The notes beneath the pieces are model-generated. The model did no database searches. It was given only the letters and a program-made list of their open reading frames with translations, and had not been told where the DNA came from. 64,000 bases of DNA from Paragordius varius (Eukaryota; Animalia; Nematomorpha). Of this stretch, positions 18,665 through 32,697 are shown piece after piece. Position 1 is the first letter of the stretch. Every line of letters starts with the position of its first letter. The position numbers were made by a program, and so were the translations under genes. The DNA is taken from contig OZ176052.1 in NCBI GenBank assembly GCA_964247055.1, positions 9,424,001 through 9,488,000 of the forward strand. The letters are read 5' to 3'.

Positions 18665-21624
18665 TATTTCTTTATTAAAAACAGGTCATATGCCTGATAT
18701 CTTAGATTTTTCATACGATCGAAGGATCGCTATGAGCTTGAAAGGAAGTATTAAATAATCTCAAAATGTACTTTCGGCTACTACTTAACATTATCTTAAA
18801 GTAATTCGGTTATCAGTAAATTTAAAGAACCGTATTTTAACCAATAAGCAATGGAACCGAAACCCCAACCCAATTTGCAAAAAATCTACGGAGTCATAAC
18901 TGGAGATAAAAAAAATCTAAATTGAAACTTTAACCGTTTAAAAGATATGTGAAGACGTTTTTAAAGAATAATGAATCAAATCGGAATGGTCAATAATTTA
19001 TTTACAATATGTTAAATATAATGGAAAAAGGCTTTAATTATGTCATTAAACTTAATATATTGTAGGCCCCTAAATCAAATTTAAATTATTTTTATATCTG
19101 CCATTTATTTGAAGTCTAAACCGTCATTGCGCAATAAAAAAGTATTATTGTTTTTCCCGTTTATTCATTTATACGTAAAATGACACTAAGTTAAAAAGAA
19201 TAAAAAAATGATAAAAAAAACTATAATGGATAATAATTTATCAAGATTACAGTTTTTTGCGTATGATCAAAATTGTTTATAAAGTATTTTTGTGATTATT
19301 TTTACATTATTTTGCATATATTTTGAATAAAATGTTAGTTATGAAGAATATACAAATCTATATTATACATTTACATGAGAGAGGTCAACCAGCATTACAT
19401 GTGTGTGTTCATTGAATTGAAAATATTATTATTATGAAATAAAAATGTTAGTTTTTATCAGTAAAGTAAGTAAGTAGTATTGTGTGGTGCCCTCGTATCT
19501 CTCTGGTGGCCCCTGTCAAAAAGCGAATGTTCACTAGAGAGAGAAAAGTCTTGCCATTTTTTTTATAATTTAAGTTTTTGCAACTGTCATAGCTAGTTTG
19601 CATATATTTTGAAAAAGTTATGTTTGTTGCAAATGATGTTTTTTTTGCTATAAGTAAAACTATAAAAGTAATAGGCTTCTGCACATATGTATAAAAAGTA
19701 AGTATAAGACGGGTCACAGAATATTATTGATCAATAAAGTCAAATATATAAATAATTGTCACACAAATAATTATTTTGTAAAACATAAAAAATTGATAAA
19801 ATACGATGGCTAGCTAGCAGCTATATAATAAAAACATTTATAAAAACCTGGTTGGTTTTAATCAAAAGAGAGCAATCAAAAATAATCATAAATTACCAAG
19901 ATATCATTACAGTAATAATAAAAATATTATTTGTAATAAATAATTATTTCTAAAAATGTTATAGTGGTTTTATTAATTTGCATATATTGGCAAGTATTCA
20001 ATTCGCTTATTTTGCATATATGGCAAAATTGTTTCAATGTAATCAAGATCGGAGATATGAAAAAATTTTCATTATTTATTACATTTAGTTAGTTTAAAAT
20101 GGTAAGGAAAGCCTGATAAGGGATAATTTTGACCCCCTGTAAAAACGTTAACAATAATAAATCAATTTTATTTAATATATTAACATCAGAACAATAATTA
20201 ACATTATTGCGCTGATAATTTAAAATATTAGTAAAGATTTTCAAACTTTTTGTCTATGATCCAGTTATCATTCATTTTTTTATAAAGTTCCCAAAAGAAA
20301 AGTTGTGGTTTATACTAGAAATATTAGCCTCTACTCTAATTCGGGAAGTCTATTTTAATCACATACTTTCGAAATGTATTAACAAAAATTATGATTATAC
20401 CTGGTTCTTAGTAAATTTTGAATTCGGGTTAGACAATAATCAGTCACGTTTTTTTTATTAGCCAGATTATACAACTTTTTTCAAAAGAGGTAATCTACCG
20501 ATTGCGCTTTGATTTAACAGTAAAAGGTGACTAAAAATATAGTAAAGGTAGAATATTACATATTACCAACTAGTTTATTGGAAAAAATTGTAAAATATAT
20601 TGGGTCGAAATTTGAGCTCAAATTTAGCACTAAAAAATCTATCCTTTTCCAGCATATTCACGAAAGGGTCCTTGGTATCACAATAATTTTTTAAATTATA
20701 TGAAACACTAATTTAAATAACATTCGTTTGTAAATGTGTCAAAACAAATCGAATGATGGCTTGATAAACCCAATTATTTATATATTTTGACATTTCCACA
20801 TTAATCGCTATAATTTGATTATGGATCTTTATTGAACCAGAAAGGGCAGTCTACCCAAAACTAAGCAAAGTATTCAAAATGTCTATAGTTTTTCACACAA
20901 TGTTTTCATCAAAGAACAAAATATAATTCATCACATCATATCATAGCCACTATAAACTAATTTTATTTTGTCAAGATAAATTTATAATACACGATAGTAA
21001 TGCTTTACCTTTAAAAATAAATAGCTAAATAATAAACCCAAAATTATTACAATTAAATTAGCTTTAATTTTTTTTTGTAGTAACCAACAAAATTCATTAC
21101 CAATCAAATTAAAATATATAAAGTGAATATATATATAAATTATCAATTAGCAAATGGATGCATAAATATGTATCATATATTTTCCAATTAAAGTTACAAT
21201 CTCGAATCAAGCTTTTTCCTTAGCTCTTATATAAAATATATTTGAAGCTAATATATTGCATACTACGCGATATTATCGACAAGAATTATAGTTTAAATCA
21301 AAAAAGTTTCATATTTAAATTAAATGACATATTATGTAAAAATTTTAGATAGCATTTCTAATTACTAATTAAAGTTTTGAAAAAAACCTAATATTAAAAT
21401 ACTATCAGATGACCTTAACAGCATGTTGTCGCATGAGTGGATATAGTTTATTATTTTTGTATGAAATTTAAATTCAAATTTAAATATCAAGATTGCATTA
21501 AATAAAACAAAGTTTTAAAAATTTAATCACACTTTTAATTATCTCATGAAAACCAATATTTAAATAAGTACAAAATTTAAATTTTCAAAATATTCTTCTT
21601 TAATTTGCGATAATATTTTATTAA

Positions 21625-22112
21625 CACTTCATGGCCGTTTGGGTTCAAAAAATATTTTAAGCATTGGGCCAAATTTAAAAATATCTTTTCTTTAGCTATT
21701 TAGGCTCTTACATTTTTTTTAAATATGAAAGATTGCATCTCCGCATTTTCCTTATATTTTTTTAAATTTGTGAATACAACAGACAAATAAGTATATATTA
21801 TGGTTGAAATATATATTAATAAGCCTAGAAAGCTTTCAAATTACATTACCGTCAAATTTTTGAATTTTATCGTTTCCAATATTAGTGTTTGTTTCAATCG
21901 TGTTTTGGAGCTATCTGAATTTGGGATTGTACAAGTCATAAAACTGTAAAAACTCCAAGTTTTTTTATCTAATACAGGGAAAGAGGGTTCTGTAATATAA
22001 TTTTTTTAACCAAAATACTTTTCAAACAGAAGTTTGACTTTAAACTCTGGGGTTGAAAATTGCCCCAAAATGTCACTACGTACAAAAAAAAATGAAAATG
22101 TTATGTTAAGTG
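21625..22112 (+). mobile_element. Dispersed repeat with TTAA-CACTTCAT-like ends (possible piggyBac-type MITE); copies at ~26700-26920 and ~38985-39465
   Basis: Three homologous copies share AAATTTAAAAATAT..TTCTTTAGC, and the two longer ones also share AAAACTGTAAAAA..TTTTTTATCTAATACA. Termini are degenerate. Confidence 0.45.
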
Positions 22113-25100
22113 TTGAAAAATAATCGCAAATTTTTTTGCCTTTAATATATATATTCGCTGATATCTTTACTTAGTAACCATATATTATATAATTAAATTT
22201 ATTTGGCTGTTGGAAACACAACGAAAAAAGATTTAAATTACACAGCAGCTAACATTCTTTGTTTCCATATTCTTCCATTCATATTAAATTTATATTAATA
22301 TTCAGATTTAGAGTCCACAGTTTCTCAGTTATGTATGATATAATATTACACATATAAATTAAATTAAATTATACTGCTAAAAAACGATGTGGTGGTTGGT
22401 GTAAAAAGATATTTTTTCTTCGTCCCGTTAAAGACTATTCTTAATTTTTTTTATTATTAGACAAAGCTTGTAAGTGTACTGAAGGAAATAAGAAATTTCC
22501 GTGTATTAATAAATATACATGTATAAATATTTAAATTTATGCAAATTAAAATTATTTACACAAGAAAGTGGAAGCACGCACAACAAAACAACATGGTATG
22601 GTGTGATATAAGTTAGTTTTAGTTAGTATCTTTTTGATTAATATCCAAATTATTATAATATTCCTTTCTTCGACACACGAACAAAAAGTGTTCTAATTAA
22701 GTTTATTCAAATTTAATTAGGCACCGAGAAAGTGTGATTGTACCGTCAAATTTTTTTAATTTACGTAATATATATTTGATGTTTCCAAGGCTCCATCAAA
22801 AATTAAGAATTGAAATTATTACACCCAATAAATCAGAAAATGGCACAGCTTTCGCATAAGTGTAATAATTTAAATTTTTATCTATTCAATGCACCATAAA
22901 TTATTTAGTAAATAATATTTTCCTTAAATAATGTTTGTTAATTACAATGTTAATAATAACTTTTCAAAAGTTACAACATAGGATCTCATATATGGTATAA
23001 CTCCTTGTCTGCATTACGGTCATAGCGGTTATTGCACCGATTATGTTGTTAAAATGTTTAAATATTTTTAAATATATATATCTAAGCGTAATTCTGTCAG
23101 TTTTATAATGAATATAGAATAATATTTATAAATTTCATGGAAAGGAAACCAAAACTATAAACTTTTTTGAAACCGGTTTAAATATATATAACTTTTAGCG
23201 GAGAAACCGCGTTTAGAAATATGATATTCTTGGTTTTTCAAACATATTATATAAGGTAAACCTTATTTGCTGATATTTTATTTTTTTGGGTTTGGAGTTC
23301 CAAAAAAATATAGCACACAATCGGTTATATTACATATCGAAATGTTTGGCTATCTGTCAAATAAACAAAGAAGCCTACAACTGAACCATTAAACTAAAAC
23401 ACAACGGCTTCACCGGATCTATTCTTTGATAAGCAGGTAACTTGAAGTAAAGCAATTTTTTTTCAAAAATTAAATCGAAATACTTTTGCAGTAAAAATTA
23501 TGAAGCGAGCATATAGTTCTGCTTTTTTTCAATAAAAAGTGGAAAAGCGGAATAAAAAACTATTTTATTCCAATCTCTGGATGAATGAAGCATAAAAGAA
23601 AACTTGACAAATTTAAAGTTTTGTGAATTTCCAGATGAGTACGATTAAAACCTTAACGTAATATAATAATCAAGGTTGATCCCCATTTTATTTAATACGA
23701 TTAAGTAAAGGATTTACTGTAAAATTCAGCCAGGGCTAAAATATATACCTTTTTTGGCACAAAATCAATTGAGCGTTTTACTTGTCAAATGATTAATATT
23801 TTCAAACGGTTTAAATAGTATTTGAAAATTTACGATTATTATTCTTATACTTATTAAAAATGTTTCTACAAATTTCTGTGTTATGTTTCCTTTATTGTTT
23901 TAGAGTTGAGAATCATATGCAAAACTTTTTACCCAAATTGATTACATTGGTAAGAGCTAAATAGGGTTTATGCACCTGTATTGTGTAGTTAATAATAAAA
24001 AATAAATATTTTATAATGTTGAATTCCATTTTAAATCCTATATAATTTCTAATTTGCTATAAAAGAAAATAACCATTCGTTATCAAAAAAAATATGGATA
24101 ATGTATAAATATGCCTTCTATAACTCAGAGAAAATAAATTTGCAATAGTTATATAAAAACTAAAAAATAATTTAATTTTTAGAAATAAATGATCAATATT
24201 TTGTCGGAATTTTGTGTATAAGTTATTAAAATATTTAATGATATTATTAGGCTTTTTTCGCACATATCTGTCAACAATAGAGATGCGTGTATGATGTCCA
24301 AAATATATTTTTTCCGAAAAATTTGTAATATATTTTGTGTGTGTATATATATTAAAAATTTGATTAAATCATAAATAATGATAATAAAGGCAAAAATTAT
24401 TTTAATATAATTTATAAATATATTAATCTTATCATCTCATCATGCAATTTTAGTATTACATAATTTACATTATTTTGCATATATTTAGATATATGCAGTT
24501 AGTTTAGTTATTACATGTGTAACCATAAATCTTTCCTATTATCACTAATGAAATATTAATATAGATATATTCTTATATAGTAGGATTAATACCGAGAAAT
24601 AATGATAAATGATTAATTTAAATTAATAAATAAAATTAATCTGTATGTATCGTAATTAAAATGACTTTGAGACAATTTTTTTTAAAAATATAAATTTTTA
24701 TTCCTTTATAAATGCGCCGGCTATAATCAAGACACTTAATTGACATCTTAAACCCTCGCCCCGCGTAAAAATAGGGGTTTTGAAAAAGGGACATACCCAA
24801 AAATCTTCAAGTAATTCCAAAAAACAAGAGCCCACTCAAATCGATACTATAGTTTTTTATTATTTTGTTAAAAAATAATCTGTTCAACTTATGACCACTA
24901 GCTAAATTGCTTTCTGTTTTTATTTCTAAATATCTTTGATTAAATACTCATTTAGAAAAAAAATATATTTCATAATTTCATTAGTCTAATCAGATACATT
25001 TAAGCTTTTAAAACAAAACATCTGTAAAGATTAATTCAATTTTCGAATAATCGAGAACGAATTCAAGCCAGAATTTTTGACCGTCAGCAAACTGTTAATA

Positions 25101-28100
25101 ATACCAAACTATTTAAGATTTGTTTGAAATCCAGGTAGTCTGATATATTTTGTAATTTTAGGATGAAAAAAATGGTTTTATAGCTCCACTTTAAAACTGT
25201 ATTTTCAATATTGTTTTATGTTATAACTTTTAAAGGATGTTTCCTTTAACGAATCTCACACACTTGATATCTTTTCAATCCTTAGAAGCAACATAATATT
25301 CTTAAAATGCCAATCATCAACTTGTATAATAAATTATACTAAGATTTCAATCCAATACGAATAAAGATTTTTAATCATTTTTTAAAACATTTTGCGGTAC
25401 TAATTGAAATTTCTAATATAAAAATTTTCATTTTCAATGACAACTAAAAATAGTTTTAACTAATTATAATATTTATAATAATTAATATGTTGGTAAAATA
25501 TTTTACGGAAAAAAATTAATTAACAGTTAAAAATTCTCACAATAAGTTTATTAAAAATAGGAGTTTCCATTGCGTGATGTAATAATTGTTTCGGGGTTAA
25601 TGTCTCAAAACGCTAGTGCTGTTTTGAACATTTTGCCCAAAACCAATTACATAAAATAAATTATATTCATAAATTTGCTTTTTTCACAGGCTACTTTTGT
25701 TGATTTGTTAACTTAACTTTTTAACATATCCAGTATAACTATTAGATTAAAAATTTTATATTAGCTTTAAACCAACTGAGGTAAATTGAATCCCATATAT
25801 TCCAATATCTGGACAAAATTGAAAAACTTTTACAAATATAAAAATATTAACTATTAATTTAGGGGTCAATGGCATCATGATATATATATAGATATATATG
25901 GAGGATTATGCAACATTAAATTTCGATCTAAGCCCATCAATCCATCCAGTAAAATCTGTTTAGGTTCTGCAAAAAAATCAAAATTGTCATTTAGCGTCGT
26001 TTTTTCTGTACTTTTAGTCCAAAATAATTTTGTGTGTGTGTGGTATATGCAAATTATTTAATATGACACACGACCTTTGATCCCATTACTTACTGCATGC
26101 AATATGGGAGAGGATTGGGGAATAAACTGTTATCAAACTAATTTTATTTTTTTTCTTATTTTCTTTCTTAATGGAAAATTAAATTTTAAATAAGAATACC
26201 TCTAAAATTTGTCTAAATCTATTGTTCGAATAACTAAAATTTAAATTACACCATTATGTAACGCATGGGAATATTTTTTGATATAACAAATACCAACATA
26301 TATTGTATAACTAAAAATTTAATTATAGAAGTTTATGTCCTATAATATTAAGTCATTGCGTATTTAAAATTCATAAAAAATATTTAGTTTTAAACACGTA
26401 AAAATTCCATAAATTTCAATGAACCTGTTGCGTAACTTCTTAAGATAAACTTTTATATTAAATTAGTTTTAGGTATTATGTAAGCATTTAATTCATTTTA
26501 GTAAATCATTCAATGTTTTTTCGATACAATTGATTACCATTTTTAGCAATTCTAAAAGTTAGAACAAACGACATTTAAGCCAAATAAATGCATTTCAAAC
26601 GAGTAATTAATCCCGATGGTTGTTTTTACTCATAAGCAATAAATATCTGTTGAAAAGCAGCATATACCTTGGGTTAAAAATTTTTATACTGATTAACACT
26701 TCATGAACTTTTGGGGTGATTTGATACCTTAGGGCCATCTTATTATCTTAAAAATATGCCAAATTTAAAAATATGCATTCTTTAGCCTAGGCGCATGATA
26801 CAATTTTTTTAATAAAGTAAAATTTCTAAAACTCATTTCAAACTTTTTCGTCGCCTTAAATCGTGAATACAACAGGTGTAAAAAATCATAGTTACCTTTA
26901 GAAAGCTTTTTAGAATTTCCCTGCAAATCTTTGATATAAGATAACGAAAAGTATTATATATTTACATAATTGCCCAATCACGGCTTCAAACCGACTTCTT
27001 TAATGGATTGTATAGGAGACAACAAAATAAATTTGAATAACGCTTTCACTTTTTAGTATTTAGCCAAAATAAAATAATCACGATGCCCACCAAACGGCAG
27101 ACTAAGGTATGTTAACATATGGCATAATTTTTATTAAAAAACCGTAAATTATTTTAATGAAGATAGTTCCCAAAAAACACAACCTGCTCCCTTAATTTTT
27201 AACATAATATGTGATATTTATTTTTCAAGGCCCTGATTTCGAAGGCTTTAATTATTCAATCTAAACTGAATGTCTGAGCAAAATATTCTAATAAAATATT
27301 AGATAAATATAATCTTTAGAACAAAAGATAATGGATCAAAATTTTTTATTTTAAGTATATTTAAATAAAATAAATTCAAAAATTGATATATTAAATTCAA
27401 AAACAAGTTTTTGCTACTTTTATAATATAGGAACGTGTTATATTTGGTTTCTGTAGCAATATTTTCAAAATTTAATTTTCATTTCAGTTAAGAACATCCG
27501 GTTAAAAAATTATAGCTGTCTCATTTTATCTACTTTCCTTAATGTTGTTTAGAGATAACTATAGATAATGATTATTGGTCCAGTGTAAATTATTATAAAT
27601 CTAAATATTCTTAAATCCGAAAAAGTTGTGAGTATTGTGTATTAATAAATGAGGCCAATACACAGTTTAACAGGTTTAAAGGCAAATGTTGGTTTTTCTG
27701 GTCTGACAAAATATCGATGTTGTAAGGACAAATGGATACAAATTAAATTGGGTACAGGAATTTCGCACGCACCTTACCTACTAACTACCTTTAAATACTG
27801 GCTTCACTATCTTATTATTATTTTTTTAAGTTTATTTTCATGAAGTAATATTATTTTTAAAACAATCTTATCTGGATTTTGCAAATGATTAAATTACAAT
27901 TCTTTTTAGTGTTGTTCTCTCATATAGATATACTATGGTCATGTAAAAATTTGCCATAGTAAATTATAGCAACAAAAATAAATGAAAAAGCGCGCGCGCG
28001 CATTTCTACAGAGGCTGGATAAATGGCATTAGTTCATACATTTATATATATTCATGTGTGTTTGTGTGTGTTTGTGTGAGAAAGAAATTAATTATATGTT

Positions 28101-28120
28101 ACTAACTACAAAACTACATG

Positions 28121-28174
28121 TAATTTGCATTAATTTGCATATATTTGCATATATATAACTATGTATATGCAAAT
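28121..28174. promoter_or_regulatory. Cluster of four octamer (ATTTGCAT/ATGCAAAT) motifs upstream of the zinc-finger gene
   Basis: ATTTGCAT at 28123, 28133 and 28143 (exact 10-bp spacing), plus ATGCAAAT at 28167. Function is inferred only. Confidence 0.4.
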
Positions 28175-29232
28175 ATATGTTGTATGTTTTTCATCATATT
28201 TTATTATTAATAATAATTTTTTTTTGGTTTTAGATGCAAACTCATGTGTTTTGCCAACCAAAAGATTAGAGATGACATACGATTAGAGCTAATAATATGG
28301 ATAATTATAATAGGGATGTTATTCATAGAAAATTTGTCACCAAAGTTAACCAACCATCTTAGGCCTCCAAATTCCATTTTGTTTTAGATTTTAAAACTAA
28401 GAAGGGAAAAATAATTGAAAAAGCCAGGGATAGATAGAAAGATTTAATATAAATTTATAAGTTTAGCACATGTCATTCAATAAATTAAAATAAATTTGAT
28501 AATTATTATTAATAAAATATATATTGTGTTGTTGTTAGGCCTGTACTACTACTTTGCGATTGGGAACTTTTAATTTAGCAAACTAACTGTTCTTTACATA
28601 CGTGTCTGAGAAAGGATTAAAAATTAGATATTTCATGATACAAATATTAATAACTTTATGGACGTATCCAATGGCTTACAACTTTAAAATGATTTTTTTC
28701 ACCAAAAAATGCCAAAATTAATATTTTTATATAAAGAATAATCATATATTAATAAAATATATGCAAAATAGATATTTGCAAGACACGACGAAAAATTAAA
28801 TGATTTTTTCATGTGCTTATTTTTGATCAAGACGTAACTGTTCTATAAAAGTCCCCTATTATTATAAAAAATTTATATATATATTGATAAATAAAGATTA
28901 TGGATAGCCTTTTATGTTATTTAGTTTATGTTGTAAAGAAAATATGAAAAAAATAAAAATAAAAAATATCAAAAATATTACAGAAAAAATAGGAAATATA
29001 ATATGCAAATTATTACGAATCAAAAACTGTATTAAAAATAGTTTCATGCAGCATTAACCGTTAATTTTCGCCATAATATATGACAAATTAATAATTTGGG
29101 ATATTTAATTAAATCATACAAAAATTTTTGTTATCTAACTATTTTGCATAATTTTGCATATTTAAATTTTTATCAACAATACCTTGAAAATGTATTTGGC
29201 ACCGCGCATTTTTATTTGAAACATTGATTAAT

Positions 29233-32200
29233 ATGACTTTATTTGAAAAAAATGAAAAAACATCCAACACATCCTTCCCCCTCCCCGTGAACAGTTATAG
29301 CGGTAAAATCCAAACTCAAACATCAAAACGCAACAACGATATGACTAAACCATTCAAATGTTTTTATTGTTCGAGAAGGTATGCATACTATTGGCAACTT
29401 CGAGACCACAATTTGATAAAGGAGTGTGGTCCCCACACCTGTCATTATTGTAATAAAAATTTTGGTGGGGCCCATGTCCTAAGAAATCATTTATTGTTTG
29501 AACATACCAACTCTTTCGTCCCAACCGAAAAGTGTTATAACAACGACTTGATAGTTCCAATAAGACAAGCCCATTCACCACGGCTGAATGCAAATGTAGG
29601 TAAAGTAATACTTGATCGATGGCCTGAAAAAATAGGTGCGGAAAATAAGGATGATAATGAAACTAATAAGGACTCAATTACAAGCCAAAACCTTAATGAT
29701 CCCCTAAATGAAAGAAATATTTTTAATAACCTATGTAACGCGGCAAACATATCAAATAATAATACTCATTCAGATAGCTCGACTCACATTAAAGATATTA
29801 CTTCACCGGCAACCAAAAAACCCTCAAATGAGGTATTAATATCCGTTCGTTATGATTCAAATAGAGAGTTTTTACATGACCCAAGCATCTATAAAGATGA
29901 TTCCTTCACCATTATGAAAAGTGAAAACGCCAAATCGGCAGTTGATGATGGAAAATTCAAAAATTTTCAAGCGGAAATTTGTCCTAAAAATCTAGCTTAT
30001 ACCATTTCTAATATTGAAAGCGTGAAGGGTTTGGTAGAAGATAAAGAAGGAAGAAATTCTCAGCCTATAAATGGGTTTAATATTTATAAATGAATTCCAA
30101 ATAAGATTATAGTAGGGATTGAAAAAATAAAACGTATATTATTTAAAATTAAAATATTCACATAACTAATTATATCTTAATATTTGTAACTGTATATATG
30201 TGTTTGCACCAAATTAATATTTTAAAAAGAATCATGAAATCTGTTAAGTATTGAATCATTTTTATTTAGTTCACTAATTTAAATAAATATCATATTTGTA
30301 ATAATTAGAGTGCAAAACAACTTAAGCTGTGAAACCATCCAAAATAACCATCTGCAGATAAAATTGGCCAATCTAAATAGCAATGGTAAAAGTCAAACGT
30401 CAAATTTTGATATTGATAGGCAAAAACCAGAACCCAAAATTTTAAGTAATAAACCTGGTAGTACAATATCATTAAGTCAAGCATGGCTCCCCTCAACGTC
30501 GTCTCTTAAACCATTCATAATCCCTTTTCCACCTCCTCCACCTGTGTTTTGGAGTCATGGGATAAACGAAACTTTATCAGCAAGAAGCAATTCCTCAAAT
30601 ATTGCTAAAAAATTTGGGAGCACCCGAGAAAAGAATGGTATATTTGATTGCCCGGCTTTCCTTTACCAAAATTTAATGTATCAAACATGTTTATTACATC
30701 AACACCAACAAACATTGGCTAAAACAAGCAACAATTTATTGTCTTACCCCTACCTTCAAATGTCATCTGCTGGAAAACGAGCCCTGACTACTGATAAAAA
30801 AAATTTGGATATAAACACTCGCGACACAAAAAACAATATAAATTCTTCTACAAACAACATAGCCATGACAAGTAGTGTACTGCCCCTTAAAGTTGAAAAT
30901 ACAACTTGTAATACCAATGAACATAAAAACCTTAAATTTGAAAATTTTGCAGCGCCTAACAAAAACGTTTGTAGTATAAATAGCAGCCAAATGTCGGTAA
31001 CCAATCCATTCTTTCCATTTCCTAACCCGAGAATTGAATTATTGCCCACTTTGTAAGATATATTTACTTATTTTAAATTGTTAAAACAAACAAATATAAG
31101 AATGTTAAAAGGTTTGTAGATATATATATGATCTATCTACATCACAAATGTAATTATTTTGGGAATAAACAAGAGAAACACAACCATAACTAAGGTGCAA
31201 CCGGCTTTTTTAACAAATAAAATATTAATACTTGTAATCGGAATCTATTTCGGATTATATTTTTTTATTTATTTAAGAGGTTCGTTTAATACATAGTTTA
31301 GATATTTGTTAAATTTTTCTCAATTTTTTTTATATAAAATTTTAAGATAATTATATATAGAGTTGAATGGGTTTTGAAAAACGACAGTGCATTTTTAAAA
31401 CTTTAGGGCTTGTACCATTTCATGTGAATCGGTTTAATATTTTTCCTTTACTTATTTATAATTTTTTTTAGTAAAATAAGTTTGGCATTAGTGCTGACAC
31501 CATTGTAAAATTTAAATTGGTTTAAAGTAAGAAGTTTTTTAAATATCCCATATTTATTATGCTAACACATACTTATATATTTCGGATCATTTAACTGAGA
31601 AAAATTTAAGATTCATTATTCTATCCTTTGTTGTCCCAATTAACATTTTAAAAATAAAAGGTAGGATAGCAAATCTCGTTTTTTCATTATCCAAAAAATA
31701 ATCTTTATTCTTAAATTATACATTTTTACATCGCTACGATTTGTTTTATATGATAGTGTGCCGAATTTCTTGGAAAACAACAAGCATATCAATGTCCGTT
31801 CTGAAAAAAGACAAGCACCAAAGCGGACAACGGAAAAAAGTACATTGAAACATATTTTATTTTTGATATTATTTTTATGTTATCAAACTGTATCTTACCT
31901 TGGTGTATATTATAAGGATATACATTAACCATGTACACATATGATATAAAAAAAACTCCAAAAAATTACATAAACATATTTGATAAGATGAAAATATTTT
32001 AATTAGGCGCTAAACGACCACGCTTCATAAACGCTTTCGATACGGGCCCCTGTGTGTGCCCCGAGTGTGGATCCAAACTTAAGAATAAATCAAGCCTGAA
32101 ATTTCATTTACAGAGACAACATCCAAAGGGCGAACTATATCATTGTCCAATGTGCCCGAAATCGTTTGGAAAACCCTGGATGCTAAGGAATCATTTGATG

Positions 32201-32508
32201 ACACACAAAGATAAATTCCCTTGTTTTCATTGTGGTATGATAAAAAATTAATGTTTCGAAGCAATATATGTCCAATTTTTTGTAATAGTAATTAAATTTA
32301 TTTGTTTAACAAAATACTTGGAACCAGTCTAGTAAAAATAATCGCGAAAATATATAATAATAAAAAATTAATTAGTTATATAATTTGAATTTTGAAATAC
32401 ACTATATACTGGAACTAATTAAAATATTTAATGTTTTTAGGTAAGAATCTGAAAAATAAATTTGATCTCCAACAACACGTATCCTTATTTCATGACAAAA
32501 GAATGTAG
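29233..32508 (+). CDS. C2H2 zinc-finger protein, five fingers split 2+3 around a long low-complexity region (~654 aa)
   Basis: Exons 29233-30074, 30309-31052, 31757-31839, 32007-32234, 32441-32508 join in phase with GT-AG. Fingers: CFYC..H..C (C2HC), CHYC..H..H, CPEC..H..H, CPMC..H..H, CFHC|GK..H..H. The start codon is uncertain and upstream exons are possible. Confidence 0.8.
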
Positions 32509-32697
32509 ATAGGTGATAATATGAAATATTCTCCCAAAGCCAAATCAATTGAAAGTAATATGTGATATATATATATATATATATATATATTTATTTTTAA
32601 TTTTGCTTATTAATTTTTAAATATATATGATATTATAAAAAATGCGCATGGTATAATATAGTGGAATAAATAAAATAATTTTATTGCATTTGCTTGA

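Noticed and set aside
27083-27106. Possible first exon MPTKRQTK|gtatgt of the zinc-finger gene
   Set aside because: No phase-compatible acceptor was found downstream that joins the finger ORF, so it is unsupported without RNA data.
29354-31049. Antisense ORFs over the zinc-finger exons (also 626-883, 3936-4184, 61109-61387, 63248-63716)
   Set aside because: They overlap well-supported genes on the opposite strand and have no recognisable motifs.
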